Assembly (NCBI GenBank): GCA_949285835.1
Contig: CASEAR010000044.1
Span: 3,248 to 67,247 of the forward strand
DNA from: an uncultured Verrucomicrobiota bacterium
Lineage (GTDB): Bacteria; Verrucomicrobiota; Kiritimatiellia; RFP12; UBA3636
Length of the DNA: 64,000 nucleotides
Direction: 5' to 3'
The notes under the pieces are model-generated. The model saw nothing but the letters and a program-made list of their open reading frames with translations, did no database searches and was not told the origin of the DNA. Positions 39,748-50,028 of the stretch are shown here, one piece after another. The position numbers and the translations under genes are program-made. The first letter of the stretch is position 1. The number at the start of each line of letters is the position of its first letter.

Positions 39748-41864
39748 GCGGCGCGTCTTTCATCCCTGCATTTCGTCCGGACGGCAGCCGGGCGGCGGGA
39801 TTCAATCTTGTTTCCGAGTACGCTCCAGCTGGAGATCAGCCGGAAGCAATACGCGGCATTATTTCCGGATTTATGTCCGGCGCAAAGGTCGAGGTGCTGG
39901 AGGGCGTGACCGGTTCCGGCAAGACGTTCACCATGGCCAATGTTATACGGGAAATGGGACTGCCCACCCTTGTGATTTCTCACAACAAGACGCTTGCCGC
40001 CCAGCTTTTCGGCGAACTTCGAGCCTTTTTCCCCGACAACGCAGTCGAATACTTCGTCTCGTACTACGACTATTATCAGCCTGAGGCGTATATCCCGCAA
40101 ACAGATACATACATAGCCAAGGATGCCTCAACCAATGACGAAATCGAACGCTTCCGTCTGTCGGCAACAAATTCATTGCTTACTCGCAGCGATGTGATTG
40201 TCGTCGCATCAGTGTCATGCATATACGGCCTCGGTTCTCCTGACGATTACATGTGCATGATTCTTGACATCAGCGTAGGACAGAATCTGGACAGGGATGA
40301 TATGCTGTCGCGCCTCGTCGAAATGCAGTATGCCCGGGATGATTATGAGCCGAAACCGGGTGTTTTCAGGGTGCGAGGTGACACCGTCGACATATTTCTT
40401 TCGTATGAGTCCGGCACGGGTGTGCGTGTGGAATTTTTCGGCGATGAGATCGACGGGATAAGCGAGTTCGATTCCGTGAGTGGAAAGACGCGGAAGCGTA
40501 TGCGCAGGGCAATAATTTCACCGGCGAAGCACTTCGTCATGCCCAAGGACAGGATGGATGGCGCTCTTGCTGCCATAGAGGCCGAGCTCAAGCAGTGTGT
40601 CTCGGATTTCGAACGTTCCGGGAAACTTATTGAGGCTCAGCGCCTTGCCCAGCGAACCCGGTATGACAGTGAAATGATAAGAGAGATTGGATACTGCAGC
40701 GGAATAGAAAATTACTCCAGGCATTTATCCGGACGTGCGCCTGGGACTCCAGGAGAGTGCCTCATCGACTATTTCCGCGGAGAATTTCTTACGATCATAG
40801 ACGAGTCGCATGTTACGGTACCGCAGCTCAGGGCACTGTACAACGGTGATCAGGCGCGTAAAGATACGCTTGTTCGTCATGGCTTCAGGCTTCCGTCCGC
40901 TAAAGACAATCGTCCGCTTAACTTTGATGAGTTTAATTCCAAGCTCGGGCGGGTTCTGTATGTTTCTGCCACTCCGTCGCCGTATGAGTGTTCGATAGCC
41001 AACAAGATTGTGACGCAGGAACTCAGACCAACGGGACTGCTTGACCCTCCCGTTGAAGTGCGTCCTCTTGCTACGCAGATAGACGATCTCATAGAAGAGG
41101 CGCGCAGATGCGCGGAGGAATCGGGCCGTGTTCTTGTAACGACGCTTACCAAACGAACGGCCGAGGATTTGTCGCATTATTTGTCGGAGGCGGGTCTCCG
41201 CGTCGAGTATCTACACTCTGACATAGACGCATTTGAACGTGTCGATATACTTACGCGGCTGCGTAAGGGCGATTTTGACGTTCTTGTGGGCATTAATTTG
41301 CTCAGAGAGGGGTTGGATCTGCCGGAGGTCGCTCTTGTGGCGGTGCTGGATGCAGACAAGGAGGGTTTTCTGCGGAGCAGCACATCTCTGATTCAGACGG
41401 CCGGCAGAACTGCAAGGCACGCTTCCGGACGCGTCATACTTTACGCCGACCGCATAACTGATTCTATGAGGGTCATGATGGACGTTACCGCCGGCAGGCG
41501 GCGCAGGCAGATGGAATACAACGCGGCGCATGGAATTATCCCCAAAAGCGTGTCAAGGCCGCTTAACGAGGACGCCGCTGCCAGAATTTTCTCGGACACC
41601 TCGGACGACGGACACCGTATGGTATCGGAATCCGCCTCCGGCTACGATCTTGCAGACATTGTCAAAGAGATAGAGCGGGAGATGATCAAGGCGGCAGAAG
41701 ATTTGGAGTTTGAGCGGGCGGCAGCCCTCCGCGATGAAATGGCGGAGATAAGAAAGAGAATGGAGTCCGGGGAAAATCCAATTCCTGAAGAATTTCATTT
41801 GCCGGAGCCGGCGGATAAGCGTGGGAAAAAGGCGGGCGCTAAGAGATCCGGAAGCCGGATATGA
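39744..41864 (+). CDS. uvrB: excinuclease ABC subunit B
   Basis: 706 aa. Helicase motifs GVTGSGKT and DESH, plus a C-terminal UVR domain (LEFERAAALRDEM). Confidence 0.95.
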   Translation: MSGASFIPAFRPDGSRAAGFNLVSEYAPAGDQPEAIRGIISGFMSGAKVEVLEGVTGSGKTFTMANVIREMGLPTLVISHNKTLAAQLFGELRAFFPDNAVEYFVSYYDYYQPEAYIPQTDTYIAKDASTNDEIERFRLSATNSLLTRSDVIVVASVSCIYGLGSPDDYMCMILDISVGQNLDRDDMLSRLVEMQYARDDYEPKPGVFRVRGDTVDIFLSYESGTGVRVEFFGDEIDGISEFDSVSGKTRKRMRRAIISPAKHFVMPKDRMDGALAAIEAELKQCVSDFERSGKLIEAQRLAQRTRYDSEMIREIGYCSGIENYSRHLSGRAPGTPGECLIDYFRGEFLTIIDESHVTVPQLRALYNGDQARKDTLVRHGFRLPSAKDNRPLNFDEFNSKLGRVLYVSATPSPYECSIANKIVTQELRPTGLLDPPVEVRPLATQIDDLIEEARRCAEESGRVLVTTLTKRTAEDLSHYLSEAGLRVEYLHSDIDAFERVDILTRLRKGDFDVLVGINLLREGLDLPEVALVAVLDADKEGFLRSSTSLIQTAGRTARHASGRVILYADRITDSMRVMMDVTAGRRRRQMEYNAAHGIIPKSVSRPLNEDAAARIFSDTSDDGHRMVSESASGYDLADIVKEIEREMIKAAEDLEFERAAALRDEMAEIRKRMESGENPIPEEFHLPEPADKRGKKAGAKRSGSRI

Positions 41865-43040
41865 GATGGCTTGCTTCAAAAATTACGCCGATGAACCCAT
41901 GTGAAGTATTGTCTGTAAAAACAATCGCGATAATGCTGCGCAGCATATTCCCGCTTGATACCGAAAGTACTCCAATAAAGAAGTATGCTCCGGCATAAAG
42001 AGAAATATAATGCACTGGGCATAAAAGCGGCGTTTCTCGCATTCTGAATAGTCAGGCATTTGTTGATGTCATAGAAATCTCTCCTGTGTGACGTCCATAA
42101 TTTTGTATCGGGCGTCCAGCGTCCGTATCGGTGATTCCGTAAAACTAAATAAATATACGAAACATGTCTTGGCGGGTTCGCTCATGGGTGCGATGTGGTT
42201 TTCCCTTTGTCGGATTCAATATCCGCACGCCGCTCGCGCTTGTCATGTTTTTCCATGATCAGGCGTCATTCATATGTGCAGTGTGCGGCTGATTGCCGAT
42301 TGCGTAAACCCGGCAGACGGGAAGGGTGGGCTTTTGCCGCTTCCCTTGGTTTCCGGATAGTTATCCGTCCTCCAGTTTTTACTGCTGGTATTTCAATCGT
42401 TAATTTTCTCCGAAGCGTAAAATATTCTCGGGGCAGCCTAATATGAAAACAAGTTTTTCTAGGGAAAATGGCATTCCAGATTCCATTCCGTACGCAGCTG
42501 TGCCGTACGGCGGCATATGCAAGGCTTGATCCACCGCGCCGGTAACCCGACGTTATTTCTCGCTGTGGCGGCCCGATGTTGTGCATTTTCTTAAGCAGAT
42601 GTTTTCAATGCATGCCCGCAGCTCTGATTTTCGTGTTCTTTTTATGCAGCTTTTCTAATTCAGATATTTGTAACTCATTACGGCACTAGACGTTATGATG
42701 TTTGCACTAAATGATGCGGTGTGGTCTTATACAGCCGCATGCCGCACGAAAATGTGTGCAGATGTGTGGGGACGCGGAATGGAGGAAAAGTTCTCGATGA
42801 AGGCTTATGGAACTTGCAGAGCGTATTTTCGGCGGTCATCCGGACGATTCAGGCGTTGAGTTGCGTTAAAATACGAACGGATTGCAACCCGGTAAAAGTT
42901 TTGCCGGAGCATTTTATGGGTGGCGTCGTGTAATGTATTGGAATCAATTGTGTTGCGTGTTTTTACGAGTGGAAAAAAGTCTTTTTAAAAATGGCTTGCA
43001 ATCACTAGTATCAATGTGATAAACTGCGTTCATTCCTTCG

Positions 43041-43117
<77 letters not shown>

Positions 43118-43120
43118 ATT

Positions 43121-43150
43121 TGGCCGTCTTTTTCGAGACGGCTTTTTTTA
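43121..43150 (+). terminator. rho-independent terminator after tRNA-Asp
   Basis: Stem gccgtct/agacggc with a 6-nt loop followed by TTTTTTT. Confidence 0.6.
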
Positions 43151-43189
43151 TTTTTAACAATTTGACAAAGAGAAAGTGTACAGCCGACG

Positions 43190-43972
43190 ATGTCAGATTT
43201 TCTGAAAGTTATTATACTTGCCGTACTGCAGGGGGTGGCAGAGTTTCTACCCGTGAGCAGTTCCGGACATTTGGTTTTGGCGAAATCGTACCTTGGACTG
43301 AATTCTGGAGGGATAACCCTTGAGCTTGTTCTCCACGGTGGGACGCTTGGGGCTGTTCTGATTTACTACCGGAAGCGCATTGCGGGGCTTGTGCGGGGAA
43401 TTTTTTGCGGGGATAGGCATTCACTGCGGTATGCGGGCTGCATCCTTTTGTCGATGATTCCGGCCGGCGCGGCTTATGCAATGTTTTCAGATATTTTTGA
43501 AAGGGCGTACGAAAGCACGTTCTGCGTGTCGGTTTGTTTGATTTTTACGGGGTGTTTTCTGTTCTCTTTTCGTTTTTGGGATGCGGGCAAGCGTTCTGAC
43601 GCGCATATTGGTTGGATAACTTCTTTTATCATAGGGCTTGCGCAGTGTGTAGCGATGCTTCCGGGGGTAAGCCGGTCTGGGTCTACGATTTTTGTTTCAC
43701 GTCTGCTTGGAATCTCCAGGGAAGAAGCTGCAGAATTTTCGCTTTTGATGTCTGTCCCGGTGATAGCGGGCGCTCTGATTGTTGATGTCGCCAGGCGCGG
43801 CGTGGACGGATCAATCGTGAATATACCGGTTTGGGAGTATGCAGTCGCGGCGGGTGTTTCATGTGTTGTCGGATGTCTGTCTATTTCGCTTCTTGTGAAA
43901 TCGCTTAAACATGGAAGTTTCTGGTATTTTGGCGCATATTGCATTGGGATTGGCTTGTTGACGCTTATTTAG
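43190..43972 (+). CDS. uppP: undecaprenyl-diphosphate phosphatase
   Basis: N-terminal EFLPVSSSGH signature and 260 aa with 8 TM segments. Confidence 0.9.
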   Translation: MSDFLKVIILAVLQGVAEFLPVSSSGHLVLAKSYLGLNSGGITLELVLHGGTLGAVLIYYRKRIAGLVRGIFCGDRHSLRYAGCILLSMIPAGAAYAMFSDIFERAYESTFCVSVCLIFTGCFLFSFRFWDAGKRSDAHIGWITSFIIGLAQCVAMLPGVSRSGSTIFVSRLLGISREEAAEFSLLMSVPVIAGALIVDVARRGVDGSIVNIPVWEYAVAAGVSCVVGCLSISLLVKSLKHGSFWYFGAYCIGIGLLTLI

Positions 43973-44062
43973 GATTGGCGGCATACTTGCCCAAAGTGAT
44001 TGTATTTTGTTAGTATTACACGCTGTTCGGATATTTAGTTTGCTTGCAGCGGTAAGGAGGGT

Positions 44063-47000
44063 GTGATGTACGAACCGGTATCCGGGAAAACGGATTTCAA
44101 CGCAATGGATGAAGGTGTCCTTGAATTCTGGAGGGAGGCGGACATTTTCAGGAAAAGTCTTGAACAGACAAAAAACCGCGATGAGTTTGTTTTTTACGAC
44201 GGCCCTCCGTTTGCTACTGGACTGCCGCACTACGGACATCTTCTGGCTGGTACCATCAAGGATATTATTCCGAGGTATCAGACGATGCGCGGGCACCATA
44301 TACAGCGCAGGTTCGGGTGGGACTGCCACGGACTTCCGATTGAGGCGTTGGCGCAGGATGCGCTTGGTGTTTCCGGAGCGCACGCGATTAGTGAACTCGG
44401 CGTGGACAAATTCAATGAGCAATGCCGTTCGATGGTGAGCAAATATGTGGCGGAGTGGCGCCGCACGGTTACCAGGATGGGACGCTGGGTGGATTTTGAC
44501 AATGACTACAAGACGCTGGACAAGAACTTCATGGAGAGCGTTTGGTGGGTCTTCAAGGAACTTTGGAGAAAGGGTCGTGTATACAAGTCGTACCGTATTA
44601 TGCCTTATTCATGGAAGCTGAATACGCCGCTGTCGAATTTTGAGGCCGGCAGCAATTACAAAGACGTGCAGGATCCCACGGTGACAGTCCGTGTGAAGCT
44701 TACCGAAGGAGCTCCCGCGGAATGGGGTGAGGCGTATGCTCTGATTTGGACGACCACTCCGTGGACACTGCCGGAAAATCAAGCGATTTGCGCTGGCCCC
44801 GACATATGCTACGTCGCTGTGCGCGATTCAGAGGACGGGTGTGTTTATGTGATGGCAGAGGCCCGTCTTGAGAGCGTTTACAAGAACGGCGGGTATACAG
44901 TCGTCGGCAAGTGCAAAGGTTCGGAACTGCTCGGATGGAGATATGAGCCCATTTTTCCGTATTTCAGTGGACTGTCCAACTGCTTCCGTATTCTCAACGG
45001 TGATTTTGTAACTGTGACAGATGGTACCGGCCTTGTGCACATGGCGCCGGCGTATGGTGAAGACGACTTTAATGCATGCCGTGCGGCTGGTATTACAGAG
45101 CTTGCCGATGGGCTGGATTGGGACTGCAGATTCACAGATTCGGTGCCTGATTTCAAGGGCCAGTTCTGCAAGGATGCGGACAAAGCTATCATTCGCAGGC
45201 TGAAGGAAGAGGGAAAACTTGTACATCAGGGAACGATCGTACATTCGTACCCTTTCTGCGACCGCACAGACACACCGCTTATCTACCGCGCGATAGACGC
45301 CTGGTACGTGAAGGTGGAGGATCTGCGTGACAAGCTGTCCGCGAACAATGCCACGGTTTCGTGGATGCCGGAGTATGTTGGAGAGAAGCGTTTTGCCAAC
45401 TGGCTGCGAGAGGCGAAGGACTGGAACATATCCCGCAACCGTTTCTGGGGATCGTGCATTCCGTTGTGGATAAACGAAAAGGATCCCTCGGACATTATTT
45501 GCGTGGGTTCTGTTGCAGAGCTTGAAGAGCTTTCCGGAGAAAAGGTGGAAGATCTCCACAAGCACTATGTTGACAAGATATTGATAAGGCGTGACGGAAA
45601 AACTTACCGCCGTACTCCGGAGGTGCTGGACTGTTGGTTTGAATCTGGTTCGATGCCGTATGCGCAGCAGCACTATCCGTTTGAAAACGCCGAAAAATTC
45701 CGTAAAGGATTTCCTGCAAATTTCATTGCAGAGGGACTTGATCAGACGCGCGGCTGGTTTTATACGCTGCTTGTGCTCAGCACAATTCTTTTCGACAAGG
45801 CTCCGTACCGCAATGTCGTGGTGAACGGGCTTGTTCTTGCTGAAGACGGCAAGAAGATGTCCAAACGGCTTAAGAACTATCCGGATCCCATGCACGTGAT
45901 AACCACATATGGTGCGGATGCGCTCAGGCTGTATATGATAAATTCGGCCGTAGTTCGTGCGGAAAATTTGCGTTTCTCAGAGACCGGGGTTCGGCAGATT
46001 CTGCGCGATCTGCTGATTCCGTGGTGGAATGCGTATTCATTTTTTGTCACATATGCCAATGTGGACAAGTGGCATGAGGACGCCCTTGTGGCGCCTGATT
46101 CGTCAAATGAATTGGATAGATGGATTGTCTCGTCCCTTGAAACGCTGATCAGTGATGTGACCTCAAGCATGGATCGTTACGATCTGCAGCGTTCGGTCCG
46201 TCCTTTTGTCGACTTCGTGGACAACCTGACCAACTGGTACATCAGGAGGAGCCGCCGCAGGTTCTGGAAATCACAGAACGATGGGGACAAGGCGGATGCA
46301 TACAGAACGCTGAGGTATGTTCTCGTGCAGCTGTGCAAGGTCGCCGCGCCTTTTACGCCGTTCATTTCCGAATCAATCTATAGGAATCTTCGTGGGAGCG
46401 ACATGCCGGAGTCTGTTCATCTGTGCGAGTTCCCCCAACCGAATTCGGCTGCCCGCGACAGCCTTTTGGAACGCCAGATGCAGCTTGCTCAGACGGCCGT
46501 TAATCTGGGGCACTCACTTCGCAAGCAAAAGGATTTGAAGGTGCGCCAGCCGCTGAACCGTGCGGTCATCGCTTCTTCGTCTGAAGACACATTGTCGGCG
46601 GTCAGACTTATGGGAAGCGTTATAGCGGAAGAACTTAACGTAAAGAATGTCGAGTTTGCGTCGGATGAGTCAAGATTTGTCTCACTTTCTGCCAAAGCCA
46701 ACTTCAAGTCGTTGGGTTCCAGACTGGGAAAGCGCATGAAGCTGGCCTCCAATGCAATAGCCGCGCTGCCGGCGGAGAGCCTTGTCGCGCTTCAATCAGG
46801 AAAGAGCATAGACATCGACATTGGGGACGGTGAGGGGGCCGTGCAAATTTCTCTGGAGGACGTGCAGATTATTCGTATGGAGAAGGAGGGTATGCCTGTC
46901 GCCAACGAGGGCGATGTTACGGTGGCTCTTGAGACTGCATTGACACAGGACCTGATTCTGGAAGGAATTGCGCGTGAATTCGTTTCGAAAGTGCAGGTTA

Positions 47001-47218
47001 TGCGCAAGGATGCGGAGTTCGACGTCGCACGGCGTATTAAACTGTGTGTCGCCGGAGACCCTGAGTGTGTCGAAGCTATAGAGAAGCACAGGGATTACGT
47101 GTGTGCAGAGACGCTCTGCGTCTGTCTGAATATTGTTCCGGAATCAGATCTTCCGTCCGGGACTCCCGAAATGGATCTCAACGGGCATCGCGGTTTCGCT
47201 GTTGTGGCGGGGGTGTAG
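44063..47218 (+). CDS. ileS: isoleucine--tRNA ligase, type 2 (eukaryote-like long form)
   Basis: 1051 aa with HYGH and KMSKR class I motifs, a CP1 editing domain and the type-2 C-terminal extension. Confidence 0.95.
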   Translation: MMYEPVSGKTDFNAMDEGVLEFWREADIFRKSLEQTKNRDEFVFYDGPPFATGLPHYGHLLAGTIKDIIPRYQTMRGHHIQRRFGWDCHGLPIEALAQDALGVSGAHAISELGVDKFNEQCRSMVSKYVAEWRRTVTRMGRWVDFDNDYKTLDKNFMESVWWVFKELWRKGRVYKSYRIMPYSWKLNTPLSNFEAGSNYKDVQDPTVTVRVKLTEGAPAEWGEAYALIWTTTPWTLPENQAICAGPDICYVAVRDSEDGCVYVMAEARLESVYKNGGYTVVGKCKGSELLGWRYEPIFPYFSGLSNCFRILNGDFVTVTDGTGLVHMAPAYGEDDFNACRAAGITELADGLDWDCRFTDSVPDFKGQFCKDADKAIIRRLKEEGKLVHQGTIVHSYPFCDRTDTPLIYRAIDAWYVKVEDLRDKLSANNATVSWMPEYVGEKRFANWLREAKDWNISRNRFWGSCIPLWINEKDPSDIICVGSVAELEELSGEKVEDLHKHYVDKILIRRDGKTYRRTPEVLDCWFESGSMPYAQQHYPFENAEKFRKGFPANFIAEGLDQTRGWFYTLLVLSTILFDKAPYRNVVVNGLVLAEDGKKMSKRLKNYPDPMHVITTYGADALRLYMINSAVVRAENLRFSETGVRQILRDLLIPWWNAYSFFVTYANVDKWHEDALVAPDSSNELDRWIVSSLETLISDVTSSMDRYDLQRSVRPFVDFVDNLTNWYIRRSRRRFWKSQNDGDKADAYRTLRYVLVQLCKVAAPFTPFISESIYRNLRGSDMPESVHLCEFPQPNSAARDSLLERQMQLAQTAVNLGHSLRKQKDLKVRQPLNRAVIASSSEDTLSAVRLMGSVIAEELNVKNVEFASDESRFVSLSAKANFKSLGSRLGKRMKLASNAIAALPAESLVALQSGKSIDIDIGDGEGAVQISLEDVQIIRMEKEGMPVANEGDVTVALETALTQDLILEGIAREFVSKVQVMRKDAEFDVARRIKLCVAGDPECVEAIEKHRDYVCAETLCVCLNIVPESDLPSGTPEMDLNGHRGFAVVAGV

Positions 47219-47340
47219 ACGAATCTGCTGCCGGCGCCGACCGCTTCGAAGATGCGGCGGCCGCCAGATCCATATGCTCTCTACTGCCAGATTTCCGCCG
47301 GGCCGTTCATGTGGTTCGGCAGATGCTGGATTGCGGTGTC

Positions 47341-47973
47341 TTATTGCGCAGCGCTTTTTCCCGGCGCCTGCAGCATGATTCTCTGTGCCAGTTCGGCAGC
47401 CTCTTCCCAACAGGATATGCGCTTGACCTGCGCTCCCTCAGGCGGCGTGTATCTCTTGTTCCATGGTTTATTGAAGAGTGCAGTCGGGCACAGCCGCATT
47501 TCCGAAATCATATCTGCGGCGTTGGGTGCGTCGTCGATGGCAAAGCGTACGTTCATCTGGGCAAGACGCCTGAAAGGCATGATTAAGGGATCCTGATTTT
47601 CATAGAACAATGTGCCGTATTTGTCGACATTTATCACATGAAGGAATCCGATTCCGTGATCGTCCAGCCACTGCTGGGTTTCTTTACGGCAGTACGTGGG
47701 ACGTCCAGTGACAATTACCGGGTCCCAGCCTGAGTTACTCCAGCTTATTATTGTTTCTGCGGCCCCCTGCACTATACCAATCTCTCCGAGTTTGTGTGTA
47801 TGAAACTCGCGCATAAAGTCCCGGTATGAATCTTCATCAAGGGAAAACGATTTCCTCAGATCGTATTCGAACATGTCCTCAATTGTAAAACTGCGTCCAA
47901 GGTACTCGGATGCAAATGCGGAGAGGGAGAGTCCGGTTTCAGCGACAACATCATCCAGATCTATGTAGATCAT
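47341..47973 (-). CDS. HAD-superfamily 5'(3')-deoxyribonucleotidase-like protein (NT5C family)
   Basis: N-terminal DxDxV motif (IYIDLDDVV) and about 210 aa, similar to bacterial/mitochondrial deoxyribonucleotidases. Confidence 0.6.
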   Translation of the reverse strand: MIYIDLDDVVAETGLSLSAFASEYLGRSFTIEDMFEYDLRKSFSLDEDSYRDFMREFHTHKLGEIGIVQGAAETIISWSNSGWDPVIVTGRPTYCRKETQQWLDDHGIGFLHVINVDKYGTLFYENQDPLIMPFRRLAQMNVRFAIDDAPNAADMISEMRLCPTALFNKPWNKRYTPPEGAQVKRISCWEEAAELAQRIMLQAPGKSAAQ

Positions 47974-48024
47974 GCGGCTCCTTTGTGCGGTGCGGAGGTC
48001 TTAAGCGCTTGCGATCCGCCGCGG

Positions 48025-48894
48025 TTAATCCATGCGGCCGGCTGTTCCGTAAGGCTGTTCGCCGGCTTCAGCCGGCTTTCGCGAATACGTGTGTTCCGGC
48101 CCCGGATATGTTCTGGCCTCAACCTCAGCCATGTACATGCGTACAGCGTCAACAGCTATCTGTTTGCATTCTGCGAAACGTTTTACAAATTTTGGAGTCT
48201 TCCCCTGTGTAAGGCCAAGCATGTCTGCAATAACAAGTATCTGACCGTCGCATCCGGCTCCGGCGCCAATGCCGATGGTTGGAATCGGCAGTTCTGACGT
48301 TATGGAGGATGCCACGTCCGGATCGACGCATTCCAGCACGACGCAGAATGCTCCTGCCTCGGCAACTGCCCGAGCGTCATCATGAAGGAGCTGAGCCTCT
48401 TTTTCGGTTTTCCCTTTTGAGGAATACCCCTGAGCCTTGACGGACTGCGGGAGCAGACCTATGTGCGCCATGACAGGGATGCCGTTGTCTGTAAGCTTGC
48501 GTATGAGTCCGGCGCGTATTACTCCGCCTTCGAGTTTGACGGCGTCGGCGCCTCCTTCTCTTATGAAGCGGCCGGCATTATGTATGGCTTCTTCGTCTGA
48601 AATCTGGTACGAAAGAAACGGCATATCGGCAACGACCATCGAGTTTACGGCGGCTCTTGAAACTGCAGATGTATGGTGAAGCATTATTTCCATGGTCGCC
48701 GGTATTGTGGAGGAGAATCCAAGTGCGGTTGTGCACAGGGAATCGCCAACGAGGATTAAGGGAATTCCGGCTTCATCGGCTATCTTGCCGGTTAGAAAAT
48801 CATATGCGGTGACGGCGGGAAGAATTCTTTCTCCCTTCAGTGATGATATTTTTGCAGGTGTCCACTTAGACATATTTTTCCTCCCTTGTTGCAT
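48025..48894 (-). CDS. panB: 3-methyl-2-oxobutanoate hydroxymethyltransferase
   Basis: ILPAVTAYDF..ILVGDSL..ADMPFLSY core. The start is either M1 or M8 of the ORF. Confidence 0.85.
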   Translation of the reverse strand: MQQGRKNMSKWTPAKISSLKGERILPAVTAYDFLTGKIADEAGIPLILVGDSLCTTALGFSSTIPATMEIMLHHTSAVSRAAVNSMVVADMPFLSYQISDEEAIHNAGRFIREGGADAVKLEGGVIRAGLIRKLTDNGIPVMAHIGLLPQSVKAQGYSSKGKTEKEAQLLHDDARAVAEAGAFCVVLECVDPDVASSITSELPIPTIGIGAGAGCDGQILVIADMLGLTQGKTPKFVKRFAECKQIAVDAVRMYMAEVEARTYPGPEHTYSRKPAEAGEQPYGTAGRMD

Positions 48895-48909
48895 TGTTCG
48901 GCTGCAACG

Positions 48910-50028
48910 TTACCTGACGGAGTCTATATGTATTCCGCGTCTTATATATGTTGGGATATCGAGCTGTTCCCCGCCAGCTACGGCGGAGCGTGTGCCGTTA
49001 AACCTGCCGGGAATCATGTGTTGTGCAGCATGTGCCGAGCGGGCGGCCGCGTCTATGGTTGTGCCTCCGCCCTCCTGGCACTCCGCAATGCCGCCAAGTG
49101 AATCCTTCCAAGATCTGAACAGCATGGCAGAAACCGTGATTTGCGTGTTCTCTTTGCCGGAAACAACGGTCCCCATTTTTATCTCAGTTCCGTGACTGAC
49201 GGCGGAAGTTATTCCGGCCATTACGGTTGCAATTTCCGAAAGCCGCAAATCGTCTCCGCCGCATATTCCGATAAGGGCAGCTCCCGTCTGCGGAAGAGCG
49301 GCGGAGAGTCCTTTTTTCAAGTTCTGGGCGGCCTCATTTGCACGGTCCGCTCCGTATGCGGAGGCGGTTCCGAAAAAGAACTGGCCAGACGATTTTTTTA
49401 CTGTGCTCACTATAGCGGCCGGATCAATCCGTATGTAACCGGGGTGCATGGCTATATTCCTGAGCATAGAAATTCCCTCGGCCATTTTCCTCCCGGCGAT
49501 GTTCATGGCTTCGGAAAACTTTATCGTCGGATTGGATTCAGTGCCGCAAAGCTCATCATTGGGGCAGATTGCGTAGACCGCGCCTGTCTTTTGCACCGCA
49601 TAAATTGCCTTGGAAGCTCTTCTATCGCGTTCCACGCCTTCAAAGGAGAATGGAGACAGTCCAAAAATTACTGTTGGTATGGACGCTTTGTGTGCGGCAT
49701 TTGCGAGTGATACGGCGATCCCGCTTCCGGCTCCGCCGCCGAGTCCGAAAACTATGAACAGAAGGGATGCGTCTGAAATTATGCGGGCCAGTGCTTCTGT
49801 GTCCTCGTCTGCGGCCATTTGAGCGCTTGCCATGTCGCCATTGGTCCCGATGCCGGAAAATCTGTTGCTGCCGATACAGATGGTTTCTGAGCACTTCAAA
49901 GAAGAAAGAGCATGGAGATCCGTATCGATTGCGTACGGTATGAAGTCGGAGTTTTCCGCTGCAGCATCCACTATTCTGCTTCCCGCGCCGCCGGTTCCCA
50001 CGATTTTGAAAGAATCATACTTCATCAT
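48910..50028 (-). CDS. ftsZ: divergent FtsZ-like tubulin-family GTPase
   Basis: GTGGAGS and GLGGGAGSG tubulin signature motifs, a C-terminal DIPTYIRRG peptide, and position directly downstream of ftsA. I placed the start at the internal Met (MMKYDSFKIVG) so the overlap with ftsA is only 14 bp. Confidence 0.65.
   Translation of the reverse strand: MMKYDSFKIVGTGGAGSRIVDAAAENSDFIPYAIDTDLHALSSLKCSETICIGSNRFSGIGTNGDMASAQMAADEDTEALARIISDASLLFIVFGLGGGAGSGIAVSLANAAHKASIPTVIFGLSPFSFEGVERDRRASKAIYAVQKTGAVYAICPNDELCGTESNPTIKFSEAMNIAGRKMAEGISMLRNIAMHPGYIRIDPAAIVSTVKKSSGQFFFGTASAYGADRANEAAQNLKKGLSAALPQTGAALIGICGGDDLRLSEIATVMAGITSAVSHGTEIKMGTVVSGKENTQITVSAMLFRSWKDSLGGIAECQEGGGTTIDAAARSAHAAQHMIPGRFNGTRSAVAGGEQLDIPTYIRRGIHIDSVR

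Noticed and set aside
44828-45895. 355-aa minus-strand ORF inside ileS, and likewise the 437-aa minus-strand ORF 57932..59245 inside infB
   Set aside because: Both are antisense shadows of long, highly conserved housekeeping genes.
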